A stretch of 63,923 nucleotides of DNA, filler included, from Octopus bimaculoides (GCF_001194135.2; 6 parts of 5 records of this genome joined end to end with filler, not necessarily neighbours in it), one strand, 5' to 3'; positions 49,600 through 62,510 are shown, numbered from the whole stretch's first letter. Notes: generated by a model from the letters alone, not told the origin. Numbers and translations are program-made.

Positions 49600-50750
49600 T
49601 TGGCACAAAGCCTGAAATGTTTTCAGGGGGTGGGGAAATAGTCAATGACATCCACCCCAGTGCGCAACTGGAACTTATCTTAACGATAAAAGGCAAAGTC
49701 GACCTCGGTGGAATTTGAATTCAGGGCGTGAAGACAGACGAAATGCTGCTTAGTATTTTTCCCGGCGTCTTATCGATTCTGCGAGCTCGCCACCTTATTG
49801 AGTAGTATTATAATCGTGTATAATTCAGACAGAAAGCAAGCAATTAATACTTGACTATTGTCATATTTAATCGATTCCTGAAGGATGAAATGCAAAGTAG
49901 ACCTCAGTGGAATTTGAACTGAGATTGTAAAGAGCCGGAAACAAATACTGATTTCAGATTTTGGCACAAGGCGATCAATTTGTGGGAGCAATTTTACATC
50001 GACCTCAGTGTTCAACTGGTACTTATTTTATCGACCCCGAAAGGATGAAAGGCAAAGTCAACCTCAGTGGAATTTGAACTCAGAACGTAAAGGCGGACGA
50101 AATACCGCCAAGCATTTTGCTCGGCGTGCTAACGATTCTACCAGCTCACCGCCCTAACCGGAACAAATATTTATTTCTTTATTGCTCACAGGAGCCTAAA
50201 CATAGTGAGGACAATCAAGCACAGGCAAAGGGATTAAGTCGATTACATCGACCCCAGTGCGTAACTGATACTTATTTGATCAATCCCAAAGGATGAAAGG
50301 CAAAGTCGACCTCGGCGGAATTTGAACTCAGAACGTAACTCCAGACGAAACGCTAAGCATTTCGCTCGGCGTTCTAACAATTCTGCCAGCTCGCCGCCCT
50401 CCAACCAGAACAACCGAAACAAATATTGCAACCAGAACAAAATATTCCAACCGGAACAAAAATATTGTGAAGCATTTTTTCCGATGATCTAACGATTTTG
50501 TTGATACACCGTATTAATAAAATAAATAAATGTTTCTAATTTGGGTACAAAGGCAACAATTTTGAAGGAAGAGGCATTATCGATACCATTGCCCCCGTAC
50601 TTGACTGATGGTTTGTTTTAACGAAACCCGAAAGATGAAAAAAAAAAAACAAAAAAAACGGTTGATCTCTGTAGTATTTTGAATTCAGAACATACAAGGT
50701 CGTATTTAAATACAAAAAGTCATTTTGTCCGATATTTTACTGATTTTTCC
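49600..50750 (-). mobile_element. Stack of about five co-oriented family-A SINE copies and fragments
   Basis: The GGATGAAAGGCAAAGT.GACCTC.GTGGAATTTGAA core or its remnant occurs near 49690, 49880, 50045, 50290 and, degraded, 50630-50690. Confidence 0.85.
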
Positions 50751-51397
50751 CAAATAGGCTGAAGCTTGGTTCATTTGCGAGAAGAGAAAAGAAAAGGAAA
50801 CTGAGCAGAATTTTGTTTGTAGTTATGGTTTAATATCGTTTATCGATAGGATGCAAAGGTGGCAATGAAATACGCTATAAAAATGTTCTGTCACATCAGT
50901 GAAATGGCACTCAATATGTTTGCTTTAAAGTGCATCATTACAAAATGCTTTTAACTATTTGAGAAGAAAAGGTTTTAATTAAATCAACAAGATTAGACCA
51001 TAAAAATATATCCAAGCGAGCTAAAATTACACCTGACCGCAATAAAAGTGTAATTGAGATACTGATATTTGAAATTCATTTATGACTTTGTTGTAATTCT
51101 AATGTAGGTTGCATGTTAAACGCAATGCAAGGCGCCTATAAATATTGCAACTACAACTTTTTATTGATTCTTAAAGGAAGATAATGATGGCTTTGGTGCG
51201 ATTAGAGCTCAAAACTATAGACAGTTGATTCTATTAGATATCCAGATAGACTCTCTACCGTATGTATCAACGTCACCGCTTTGTTTTTCACTATTTATAT
51301 TATTGTTTTTCACTAATCTAACGTTTGCATACATCAATCTTCCATCCAATGGTCAAGTTAAGGGAGGACCGTTACCGTTAACTTAAAACAAGCTGAC

Positions 51398-51506
51398 CTG
51401 AAAGTGAAGGGAAACACACTGCTGTCGCACCTCGGTGCACGTGTAAACCTTCCAAGATCAATTTCCTCGCACATGTAATATTGGATTGTGCACGTATGCT
51501 TTACTT
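51398..51506 (-). CDS. Probable downstream exon of the vWA gene (EVKHTCTIQYYMCEEIDLGRFTRAPRCDSSVFPFTF)
   Basis: Acceptor TTCTATCATGCAG and donor AG|GTCAGC. The phase-1 start fits the 53103 donor and the frame is open. Confidence 0.45.
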
Positions 51507-52197
51507 CTGCATGATAGAAGGTAAGTATGCCTGCTGTTTTTCTAATTTTCATAAGCTAAGGTTAGGACGTCAAGAAAGACATATGAAAGAGTAAACTAGC
51601 ATTGTAGACTTAGATTAGGTGGAAAGATGGCGTCATCTTGTTACCACAGACCTATGATACAACAAACGGATGCAGCGTAAATGTCTGTTCCCATTATTTG
51701 AGATTAGTTCAAACATACTTCGTAGCTTTGCTTTCCATCTTCCTACAACACTCTTGGATTTGTTTAAGAGTAAACAGGTGCCGAATTTCAAGGGGGTTTT
51801 CGACTGCACATTTTGTTTCATGAGAAGCAGTTGCAAAGACACGCCAGCCTCGGAGCACAGTCTCAAAGGAGTTCGAGAGTTGACAGTACAATGCAGAATT
51901 TTTTTTCAAGTGGTTTAAACAAGCTTTAAATTATGTTGAAAAACCTTTCTACTTAATTTCGAATTTTCCAGTTAAGAAAATAAGTAAACTCTTCTCTGTT
52001 TAACTAAGCTTTATAGAAGTTGTATCTTTTCTTTATCGTTCACACGGAAAATATTTGCATATCTCATGCTTGTTCTACGAGGCGGAACTGACTCTAATGT
52101 ATTGTGTTTGATAGCCCCTGGTCTATCACATGGAGATTTCCCACAGAAATTGAATCGGCACTCTGAAATTTCGTTTCTCTTTCCAATCATATATATA

Positions 52198-52256
<59 letters not shown>

Positions 52257-53102
52257 CGTAGCAGCAGAAGCAATACGCATGCACGCAACACAAACACACA
52301 CACATGCGTATGTGTTGACTTTTCAACGGGATTCGTTTTGTATCATACTTCTTTCGAAAACGCAATTCATGTTACGTTGTTTTTCTATCAAGTTGTTAAT
52401 TCGATTGAGATTAAAGGGTTATGAAATAGTGTGTCAATATTTCGGTAGTTGTAATTGACTAAATTACTAAAACTAATTTCTGCTTAAGCTTCTTTGCAGC
52501 TTAAGCTGGAGGTTATTTAATAGATAAGAGTGAAGAAAAGGAAGGAAAGAAACGAAGATAACAAGATAAAAGAATATCAAAATGGAAGGAAAATATCTGT
52601 GTTTAAATTAATTAATACACTAACAAGTTTGCATATTAAGATATTACTATCGAAATACCTTTCAAGAAGTTATAACAGTGTGTAAATACAGTTATGCAAC
52701 AAATTTTCATTGCTATAATCTCCGAGATAATATAATTCAATATCTTTCTATCTTTATATANNNNNNNNNNNNNNNNNNNNNNNNNNNNNNNNNNNNNNNN
52801 NNNNTTAATTAATTAANNNNNNNNNNNNNNNNNNNNNNNNNNNNNNNNNNNNNNNNNNNNGAAATATAGAAAATTGTCGTTTATCCTGTTTCGCCAATCA
52901 TATAATTATGCTTCTGTAGAACAAAAGTTATGAATAACATGTTTTTCAAGACGCAGAAGCGCTGGTGTGCATTTTCTATAACCATAAAATATAGTTTTAA
53001 AAATTGCTTCAGTTATTACAAGAAAAACGAGTGTTTAACTTAAGCAGTAAAATATGGGTTTCCACCGAATGTAACTCTGGTTAGCTTTTATTGATAACTT
53101 AC

Positions 53103-53333
53103 CTGGCTTGTCTTGCGATTCTGTTTCATTCTTGTAGTTGCTGGTTGTTGTTTCAGAGATAGAAATAGTAGTTCTTGGTGTAGGAACAGTGGTATATGAT
53201 ATAGTAGTTGCAGTATTTGGTGAAACTACTGTGGTGGTCGTATCATTTACTTTCAACACAGTGGGCTTGGTTGTCTTCTTAAGCACATCAGGTGTTGTCT
53301 TTGATACGACGTTACTGGGAACTTCAGGTTCTG
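53103..53333 (-). CDS. Thr/Pro-rich mucin-like exon of the vWA gene
   Basis: 231 nt, phase 1-1. Branch point CACTAAC, acceptor TTTCAG and donor G|GTAAGT. It encodes AEPEVPSNVVSKTTPD...TTTTVVSPNTATT...SQDKP. Confidence 0.8.
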
Positions 53334-54469
53334 CTGAAATTAAAATTTCCCAGTTAGTGATAAAATAAACAACCCCTATATTAATATCATCGGCAGGACA
53401 AACAACAAGGATCAAAACATTGGTTAGTCAACTGCTCGAAAACATCATTCAGGCGGTTGAGACTAGTGTCTTGTTTGAACTATTGAAGTTTTAAATTACA
53501 TATTGTGCCATTGAAGTTTTAGATTACATATCCAAGAATGTGATCTAAACAATCGTCCGTTCAGCAGATTAGCCAGAAGTATGCAACCAAGCGAAATGAA
53601 ACAATTCGGCGCCGCTGTTTGGACGCTAGCGATTTGACATGGTTAACTTGGACATTGAACATATTCTGGCGACAATATATTTTAGCACAGGTGGCAAACA
53701 CATACTCATACATTCACACACGCAAGCACGCAGAGCTATGCGCACACAGATAGAGAGGAAGAAAGAAAGGGAGAGAGAGAACGGGAGACAGAGAAAGGGA
53801 CACAGGGGAAAAGAGAGAGAGAGAAAGAAAGAAAGAGGGAGGAAAGAGAAAACTAGAAAAAAATTATAACATTTGATGTCAAATTAGCAAGCGTCGAATC
53901 AATGATACCGAATAAACGACACCAAAGTGACCATCCGAAACGTTTCATACTCACAAGTAGGTGACATTTAATACTACTCCTTATGTATATGTTCAGAGTC
54001 GCCTGGAGTAGATCGCCCCTCGCTCCTACTCCAAGCTGCGCTATTAGTTGTGTCAAGTCTTAAAAAAATTATATTTCTGTACATCGAAAAATATATTTAG
54101 TAATTTTTCCTATTACACTACTTGAGTTCATTTCCATGTATGGGTAACTGAATAATGACATACATACATACATACATACATACATACATACATACATACA
54201 TACATACATACATACATACATACATGCTTATAGTCATATACACGTTGTATTTCATATATATATATATCATTAACAGCTTGTGACGCAAATTAAAATAATT
54301 CACTGTTTATTTAATCCTATATTTATAATTTACGACTTAAATACTAATAAGCAGGCATATATGCATATATGTGTGTGTGCACATACACATATATGTGCAT
54401 AGATACATATATGTGCATGTATGTATGTATGTATGTATGTATGTATGTATGTATGTATGTATGTATGTA

Positions 54470-54542
<73 letters not shown>

Positions 54543-54639
54543 ATGTGTGTGTGTACATTTTTGGTATTTATATATTTATGTGTGCACGAGAAATGATATC
54601 TAATGAAAGAAAAACCAACGACATCAAAGCTTAACGCAG

Positions 54640-55790
54640 GATAAGAGTAGATTATTTTCCTGTTGGGGGTGACAGTGAGCTATGCATCGAAAAGAAGAAT
54701 TTCGGAAGGGCGATGGCGCTCTTCATCAGAATAAGGGTTGAATAAGAATCGATCAAGCACAACCGGTCGGTCATCCTTGTCAGATTTTCTTGCTCGCTTT
54801 CCCGGCACTATTCAAGAGAATCAGCAAACCAAGAACGTACGCATTGTCTGTAGAGTAGAGTTCAGTTGCATTTAAATTAGGACAGATCAAACGCTGCATC
54901 AGGCGTCGTCAATTTAACTTTCCTCGAATTTCATATTTATCACTTCTGATCTGGAGGAATTTATTTTGATTCTAGGAAGCGTTTGGTCAAGAAAAAACGT
55001 TGCAAAGATTGTCTGAGATGGACAACCCATCCAGTGTTGTCATGGCCCAAAAAGAAGCAGTCCGAGTGAGGTGTCTTGCTGGACTCTGCCAGCTAATGTT
55101 ACTATGTTATCAGCAACGATGAGCATGTTACAAGCCCCGAAGAAATGATATGCACCACTTAGCAGATTTCTTGGACATGGTGTCCTCTAACGTCATTGAA
55201 GACATTTTGCATGTTCAAATTTATAAAAAGGTGAGGAGAATCGAGGTGTGCGCTTTGAAGTAAAGTATCTGGATGCGATGGCAGCTGCTTCTCATCTATA
55301 TTAGACATTGACATCGAGTTGGATGGAGCAGTGGATTACTCTTATGCGGCCGGAGAAGCTGGACACTTCAGTTAGACGCCAAACACTGCTGGCTTAAGAC
55401 CTCTTCAAAATATGGAGGGTGTAATGCTTCTCTATAACAGCAAACACTAGGTGATTATCTCTCTTTGCCATTGGTCACCGAGCTTCGGCCGCGCCGCCAC
55501 CTTGTGGTCACCGAAGAACCACGAAGGTAAACGATTGTCTACCTTCAGCCTTGGCTATTGGCTTCCTGCTGTAGCGTCACCTTGCGTATTCCAATATGCT
55601 AGCAGGAATCCTCTAAAATGCGAGCATGACCCGAAAATCTCCGTTCTGGAGTTCAGCATGCTCTCTGGCTCGATCGAGTCTTTTAGGATTTTCGTGTGTT
55701 CGGCAATACATACCGGGTGGTGCTGCAATGAAAGTTTCCCAAGTTAGTAACAAAATAACATCATCATCACCACCATCACCAGCAAGAAAA
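54640..55790 (-). mobile_element. Decayed non-LTR RT relic, possibly CRE/NeSL-like
   Basis: Broken motifs FINLNMQNVFNDVR, RVQQ.D..LGLLLFG and AIALPK in the minus frames, with many stops. Confidence 0.4.
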
Positions 55791-55994
55791 AAAAACACAA
55801 TAACAGCTATGCTATAATAAAATGCTAAAGTCTCATTTAGTACATTAAATCATGTTTTGTTTGAATTATTGAAGTTTAGTATTTTAAATTATAAGAATGT
55901 GGCCCAAAGAATTGTTTATTTGGCAGTCTAGCTTTACTGCTCAAAACTAAAAAAACCAAGGGCAATCTTTTTCTGTTTCATATCAGTTTAACAC

Positions 55995-56370
55995 ACCTGT
56001 TGTTGGCACTCCGTCGCTTACGACGTCGAGGGTTCCAGTTGATCCGATCAACGGAACAGCCTGCTCGTGAAATTAACGTGCAAGTGGCTGAGCACTCCAC
56101 AGACACGTGTATTCTTAACGTAGTTCTCGGGGATATTCAGCGTGACACAGCTGACCTTTTGAATTACAGGCACAACAGAAACAGGAAGTAAGAGTGAGAG
56201 AAAGTTGTGGTGAAAGAGTACAGCAGGGTTCGCCACCATCCCCTGCCGGACCCTCGTGGAGCTTTAGGTGTTTTCGCTCAATAAACACTCACAACGCCCG
56301 GTCTGGGAATCGAAACTGCAATCCTATGACCGCGAGTCCACTGCCCTAACCACTGGGCCATTGCGCCTCC
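55995..56370 (-). mobile_element. tRNA-derived SINE, family D
   Basis: The minus head is GGAGGCGCAATGGCCCAGTGGTTAGGGCAG...GTTTCGATTCCCAG, containing A and B boxes. Confidence 0.8.
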
Positions 56371-56451
56371 TTAACACACCTACTTACTACTAAATTTGTA
56401 ATTCGATAGATCTATTCTCCATCAGGAATTTAAATGGTAAAATGAAATATT

Positions 56452-56620
56452 CAGGCATGGCTGTGTTGTAAAAAGATACCTCCTCAACCACATGGTTCCA
56501 GGTTCAGTCTAATGATACCTTGGGCAAGTGTTTCCTACGATAACCCTGAGTCGACCAAAGCCTTGTGAATGGATTTGGTAGACGGTAGCTGAAAGAAGCC
56601 CGTCGTGTGTATAAATATGT

Positions 56621-56660
<40 letters not shown>

Positions 56661-56930
56661 ATGTGCGTGCTTGTGTGTGTGTGTGTGTGTGTGTGTGTAT
56701 GCGTGTGTATGTGTGTGCACGCGCGTGTATGTGTTTTTCTCGCATCACCGCTTGACAACTAGTGTTGCCTTGTTTACGTGCCCGTAAGAGACCGATAGAA
56801 TAAGTACCAGGCTTTAAAATACCCCACAAAAATATGAGTATTGGGGTTGGTTTGTTCGATTAAATCCTTCAATGCAGTGCCCCATCATGGCAGCAATCTA
56901 TTAACTGAAACAAGTAAGAGATCAAAGATA
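56452..56930 (+). mobile_element. CORE-type SINE, family B, near full length
   Basis: tRNA-like head, CCTTGGGCAAGTG core, internal (GT)n, and tail GTGCCCCATCATGGCAGC...CTGAAACAAGTAAGAG. Confidence 0.8.
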
Positions 56931-56956
56931 TTAAAAAAAAATATATATTAAATTAC

Positions 56957-57511
56957 CTTTGCAAGACTTTATGAAGAAGTTTTTCCCAATAGACTCCAAA
57001 GATTTATAATTGAAAAATCTATAGACACCATTTTCTGGGTCACTTGCAATAACTTTTAATTCCTTTAAATGATATTTTTTACCGATTCCGACAGCATAGA
57101 CTTTTATACCAAGTCGATGGAGCTTTTCTGCTTCTGCTTTTGTCTTTTTGTGGGAACGAGAATTACCATCTGTGATAACTATTGTGACCAAAGTGGCGTT
57201 GCTTTTGACTAATGACTGAAATTGCTCATTAACAAGTTTTAGAGCTGCTGCTGTATTTGTCCAACCACTTCGGTAACGAATTTTACCAATAGCTTTCTGC
57301 AATTTTTCTTTGGTAACATATCGTCCAATAGGAAATTCCAAATGGGCTTTTTTACTGTATGTTACAACACCCATGCGCATTTTATTCATACCTACTTCAA
57401 AAGTATCTACGAATTCCTGTAGAAATTTCAGAAGCCGCTCATAATCCTTTGGCCAGATACTTGAAGAAGAATCCAAAATAAACATGATGTCGGTTTCTTT
57501 TCCAACACATT
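56957..57511 (-). CDS. von Willebrand factor A domain exon with intact MIDAS (extracellular matrix/adhesion protein)
   Basis: 555 nt, phase 1-1, with a poly-T acceptor and donor G|GTAATT. It encodes C...DIMFILDSSSSI, MGVVTYS, GWTNTAAAL, IVITDGNS, VYAVGIG, LKVIASDP...C. Confidence 0.92.
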
Positions 57512-58150
57512 CTAAAAAAAAAAAAAAAAAAAAAATTAGTGAAACAAAATGGATATTATTAAATTCGTTAAGAGAAAAGTGCGGATATTTATCAAATATA
57601 TATAACTTGCAGAATTGAATTAATTACGTCCTTTAAACTTATGCCTTCAAATATTGCAGAGATTGAATTTACTTTTTTTATCTTGGCGGATCGATAAAAA
57701 TAAAAGCCAGTAATAAAATAAAAATGATTCACTTGATTATATCGACCCCACTTTAAAAAAGATCGGCTTTATATCTCTTCTAAAACCAAATCAGCATTTA
57801 TTTGTTCAGTATTATTGCTAACAGCTCTGTTTTTCAATAAGTCTTTTGCATTGAGAAACAATTTACAACAATCTCAAATGGTTGTACTAGCACAAAATTC
57901 TAGACGCCGATGCTTTACACTGCAGTTCAAATAGTCATATCTTGTAGCAAACTCACTTCCAGACAGTAATTTTTTTTTTACACCTAATGCCGTTCATGAC
58001 TAAATCTAGTTATCATTCTTTTGTTTCTATTAAAAGTGTTAACGGTACTTAAAAAGAACTGAAAGTTGAGTCAGTAGCGGGCCGTCAGAAAACTACACTA
58101 GCGACCAGAACCTGTTTTGCTTCGTATGGTACACTACACAGTCTCTCTCT

Positions 58151-58199
<49 letters not shown>

Positions 58200-60203
58200 G
58201 CACACACACTCATCACAAACGCTTGGGCACGTGGCCCCCCCATCCTGCCTCTCTTTCTCACACAGAGCAAAACTCTCGGCCGCAGCCGCAGCCGCAGCAG
58301 CAGCAGCAGCAGCAGCAGTAGCAGCAGCATTCTAAAAGTTGGCGAATTTTCGTTGGCTTTCAAATAACTTCAATTTTACTGCGGGGAAAAGTTTGTGTAG
58401 ATTGTTTTCTTTTAAATTCATTGGATATTTTACCCACAAAAGCGTAGATCAACAGACAGTATTTAAATTTCATTGTATATTATAATAGAATCGGTGAAAT
58501 AAGTACCAATAGTATATGCAATAATGATTAAATCGAGGGCTTTAGGGTTCCAACTTAGAGTTTTAAATGTGGAACAATATTTCAAATGAGATGCAAAATG
58601 CACGGGCAAATAAACAAACAATCAGACAAAAAACAAACAAACAAACAAACAAACAAATAAATAATAAGGTAAAAAAAATAATAAAACTAATCCGAGACAG
58701 AGTTCTCATAGCTAAGTAATAATTCCCAGATATTTTCATATCCAAAATCATTTCGAGCTCAAATCATTTTATGATTTCATCTAAAATTGTTGTATTGGAT
58801 TTCTGTTAGGCTAACCTAAACAACTAAAATTCTTAGCTTTTGAAAACTATTTATATGCTTTGGCAAAAGAAATATGTTATTAGTGAGTTCTCTAGATTAA
58901 TGAATTTGAGTCGAATTCTCGAAATACTTTTGATTTCTATGGAAACCAATTCATTTGCGTCACAAGAAAACTAACCGCGTCACCTTCTCTAAAATATAGT
59001 CTTAGTGTCTAGTCAAAAAGAGACCAATATTTGATTAATTATAAATGATTTCTAATAATTCAATACTAAACAAACCACCCTCGAATACCATATGCGATAC
59101 ACGAGGAATGCCATATGTAACATGAACTGAATGACTGGCAGGAATCAACAAATGATGGTAAACTAATTAAGACTAATATAAGACTGCATTTTCGGTATGA
59201 TTTATCCAATTGAAAGTCAACAACGCCAGAATGTTATAGCACGCACACAAACGCACACACGCTTACACGCATGCTCACACACATACATACACACATACAC
59301 AAACAAACGTACACACATACACAAACATACATATACACACAAACACATAGATACGCATATTCACATGCGCGCACACGCACTCAGAAATACGCACGCACAC
59401 GCATACAAATACTAACACAAAGCACAAACACACACACATTCACATACATGTACACACACACACACACACACACACACGTACACTTACTAAATATGTATAT
59501 GTAAACACAAATTTGACATAAAGTATATAAAATGAAATATCAGCAAAACGTTGTGTTTTTGTTTTTTTTTAATAATCGCAGTAACGTAGAAGAACCGAAC
59601 CGTTTCGAAAGAACTTAATTATATCCCTGACAGATAAAGCTAATAAACATAAATATGTTTATTAGTTTTATCGTTTGGTGGTAGGAAGACAAGAAGGGGA
59701 AGAGGAAACAATAACTTATGAGTTGCTGCTAACTACCATGTCGTTCCACGTGTGTATAGTCCTGAGGGAAATCAGTGGCTGCCAGTAAGCTTTTCGAAAT
59801 TCTGTGTTGGTTGGGTTACTAGTTACGAACTAAGCATGATGAGAATACAGGAATATGCACCAGCTTATAAGACAGCCTACTGCGGATTCCAGCCCATGTT
59901 CTATCTGGTCGTAAACTTTTAATTGGATACCGTTGCTATCGAAAACTCCCTGGCGATTAGTGCACTTCTCTTCTTTCTGATGGAGCCGGGGGGAATAGAT
60001 CACACGAATACTGTATCATCCTAAAATAAGACACATGGTCTGAATGCTTGGGATAGCTAAAACCTAGCTAAAAACACCACAGCACCGTTTTATCATATAT
60101 ATANNNNNNNNNNNNNNNNNNNNNNNNNNNNNNNNNNNNNNNNNNNNTTAATTAATTAANNNNNNNNNNNNNNNNNNNNNNNNNNNNNNNNNNNNNNNNN
60201 NNN

Positions 60204-60701
60204 AAGTCCTTCAACTTCATGGACTTTTACCCTCCGTGCCTTGAATCCAGAGCTTCCACTCACTCGTAAATTTCCGATGCTCGGTTTCATACAGGACTCG
60301 CACTCCAGAGCCCTAGCCAACGCTTCTTGTGGCTTCTTCGTAGCCGGGACCACACCGCTACATTCAACTTCAGGAGATCCGCACTCAGACGTCGGAGTAT
60401 CACGTGATGACGTAGCAACAGCACCCACTTCAGGTTTAGCGACCTCAGGCTCGGCAGCACAAAACTTCTCCACGTGCTCCGTCCTCTCATTGGGCCTTTC
60501 AATCTGCTGCTTACCACATACGACATCACTACTCAGTCTGCGGAACTCATCCCGCATCCTCTGTTGTTCCCTCCTGAATTCAGCGAAGCTCTCCTTCAGC
60601 TCTTCCAGCATCTTCACAACCAAGGCCAGGGATACTTCCTCCCTCCCAGCCTGACCCTTCGCACGCGCACCATCCGAAGCCATGACGAACAACCAACTCA
60701 C
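60204..60701 (-). mobile_element. Gag-like N-terminal ORF of an LTR retrotransposon, cut by an assembly gap
   Basis: A coiled-coil-rich ORF (KMLEELKESFAEFRREQQRMRDEFRRL) starting just after a PBS. Confidence 0.65.
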
Positions 60702-60717
60702 TGCAGCAAATCAATAG

Positions 60718-60735
60718 ATCCCACTTCTGACACCA
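60718..60735 (-). promoter_or_regulatory. Primer-binding site complementary to the tRNA-Leu 3' end
   Basis: The minus strand reads TGGTGTCAGAAGTGGGAT, 4 nt after the LTR end ...CGTAACA. Confidence 0.85.
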
Positions 60736-60739
60736 ATTT

Positions 60740-60948
60740 TGTTACGAACGCCCGCACGCGAAGCACCTCCCTAACACCGAAGAGGGGACTCGCGCATGCG
60801 CGACCGGAAAGGGGCAGCTACGCTAAAAATAGCTGTGGCTGCCGACAAGACAAAGGAAATACCATTCTTCTCAACTGACCAGAGTACGGGTTCAAAACCC
60901 AGCCCGGGAGGTAGGGATATAATGCCAACTGTATTTTCGGTCGTCGCA
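60740..60948 (-). mobile_element. Short 5' LTR (about 209 bp), Gypsy-like
   Basis: The minus strand runs TGCGACG...CGTAACA, giving TG...CA termini with a short inverted repeat, next to the PBS. The outer boundary is less certain. Confidence 0.65.
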
Positions 60949-60951
60949 TCA

Positions 60952-60988
<37 letters not shown>

Positions 60989-60989
<1 letters not shown>

Positions 60990-62465
60990 GCTGTGATGGG
61001 TAAATTGTCACCATTTTATATTTTCAATTTCGCACATCTGCACTGTTTTTTTATTATTTTGTTGACTACACAGTATAGTAGGGCACTGTCTATGACAAAA
61101 ACAGCACCATGACGTAATTCACTCTGCCAGAAATTTGGAAACTATATGCTGTACTGTTTGACATTCACACCAGAAGCTCCAATATGAACATTTCAGAGTG
61201 TTTGGGTGTCAATCTGAGGACAGTGCAGAGGATTTGGAAAGAGTTGGATGAGTCTAATGGGGATTACAAAGGTACAGTAGCTCAGAAAACTCACTCTGAT
61301 CATTCTGATAAGAAAAGAACTCCTAAATTTGTTGATAAGATCCAGGCCACGATTGACAACGATCCCTCCAAGTCAATCAGGTCCATTGCCAGGGACATGG
61401 GAGTATCTGAGTTTCTTATTAGGCAAGTAGTGCGTGAAGACATTCGGTGTTCCTCATATAACATGAGAAAGCACCAATTTTTATCCCAAGCCATCAATGA
61501 CAAAAGGAAAGACCATGCTACGAAAAGTTTTTGAACAAACTCAAGCATCTCCTCCAACCAAACATGCTTTGGTTTTTCTGAGAAAATTTCTGCCAGGATC
61601 AGATGGTGAACTCACAGAACAACTGTTGGCTTGCCTTGTCCCCGAAACATACAGTCAACATCATGGTGTTTGGAGTGATCACTAGTGATGGCAACGTTAT
61701 GCCTCCATTCATCTTCCCACACAGTCTCAGACTCAATACGGAAGCCTACATCAAGTGCCTGGAGGAGGTGGTGCTGCCTTGGGTAAAGAAGATGGCCTCT
61801 GGAAGACCCTATATTTTACAATAGGACTCTGCACCATGCCACACAAGTAGGAGAAGCCAGTCATGACTGTCAGACTATTTCTTATTTCTTTATTGCCCAC
61901 AAGGGGCTAAACATAGAGGGGACAAACAAGGACAGACAAAGGGTTTAAGTCAATTACATCGACCCTAGTGCGTAACTGGTACTTAATTTATCGACCCCGA
62001 AAGGATGAAAGGCAAAGTCAACCTCAGCGGAATTTTGAACTCAGAACGTAGCGACAGATGAAATACCGCTAAGCATTTTGCCCGGCATTCTAATGATTCT
62101 GCCAGACTATTTCTGCAACTGCATTACCTCTAACATTCAGCCACTTAACTCCCCAGACTGCAATCCCCTTGATTATTATGTGTGGGGCGCAGTTGAGTGA
62201 GAGACCAACAAAACTCCTTGTAACACTAAAGATGAACTGAAGGCAAGGATTATGGCAGCATCGACCAACTTAAACAAGGAGACTGTCCAGAAGAGTTGCA
62301 GGAGATTCCAAAGTCATCTGGCGGCTATGGTTGAAGCCAATTGTGATTTTATTGAATAAATTTACTCTTTAGTATTTCAAGATATTAATATATATGTTAA
62401 AATGAGCTGTCAGTGTTATTTTCATTTTTGTGTAATTTAGACGACAATTTATTTACCACACCCTG
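60989..62465 (+). mobile_element. maT-family (DD37D) Tc1/mariner transposon, degraded
   Basis: HTH region (ISECLGVNLRTVQRI...SKSIRSIARDMGVSE) and VMVFGVITSDG. After removing the nested SINE, DSAPCH...SPDCNPLD has 37 residues between the Asp residues. The right end CCCTG is followed by TA. Confidence 0.9.
61883..62102 (-). mobile_element. Family-A SINE nested in the maT element with a 12-bp TSD
   Basis: CAGACTATTTCT at 61871-61882 and 62103-62114. Confidence 0.9.
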
Positions 62466-62510
<45 letters not shown>

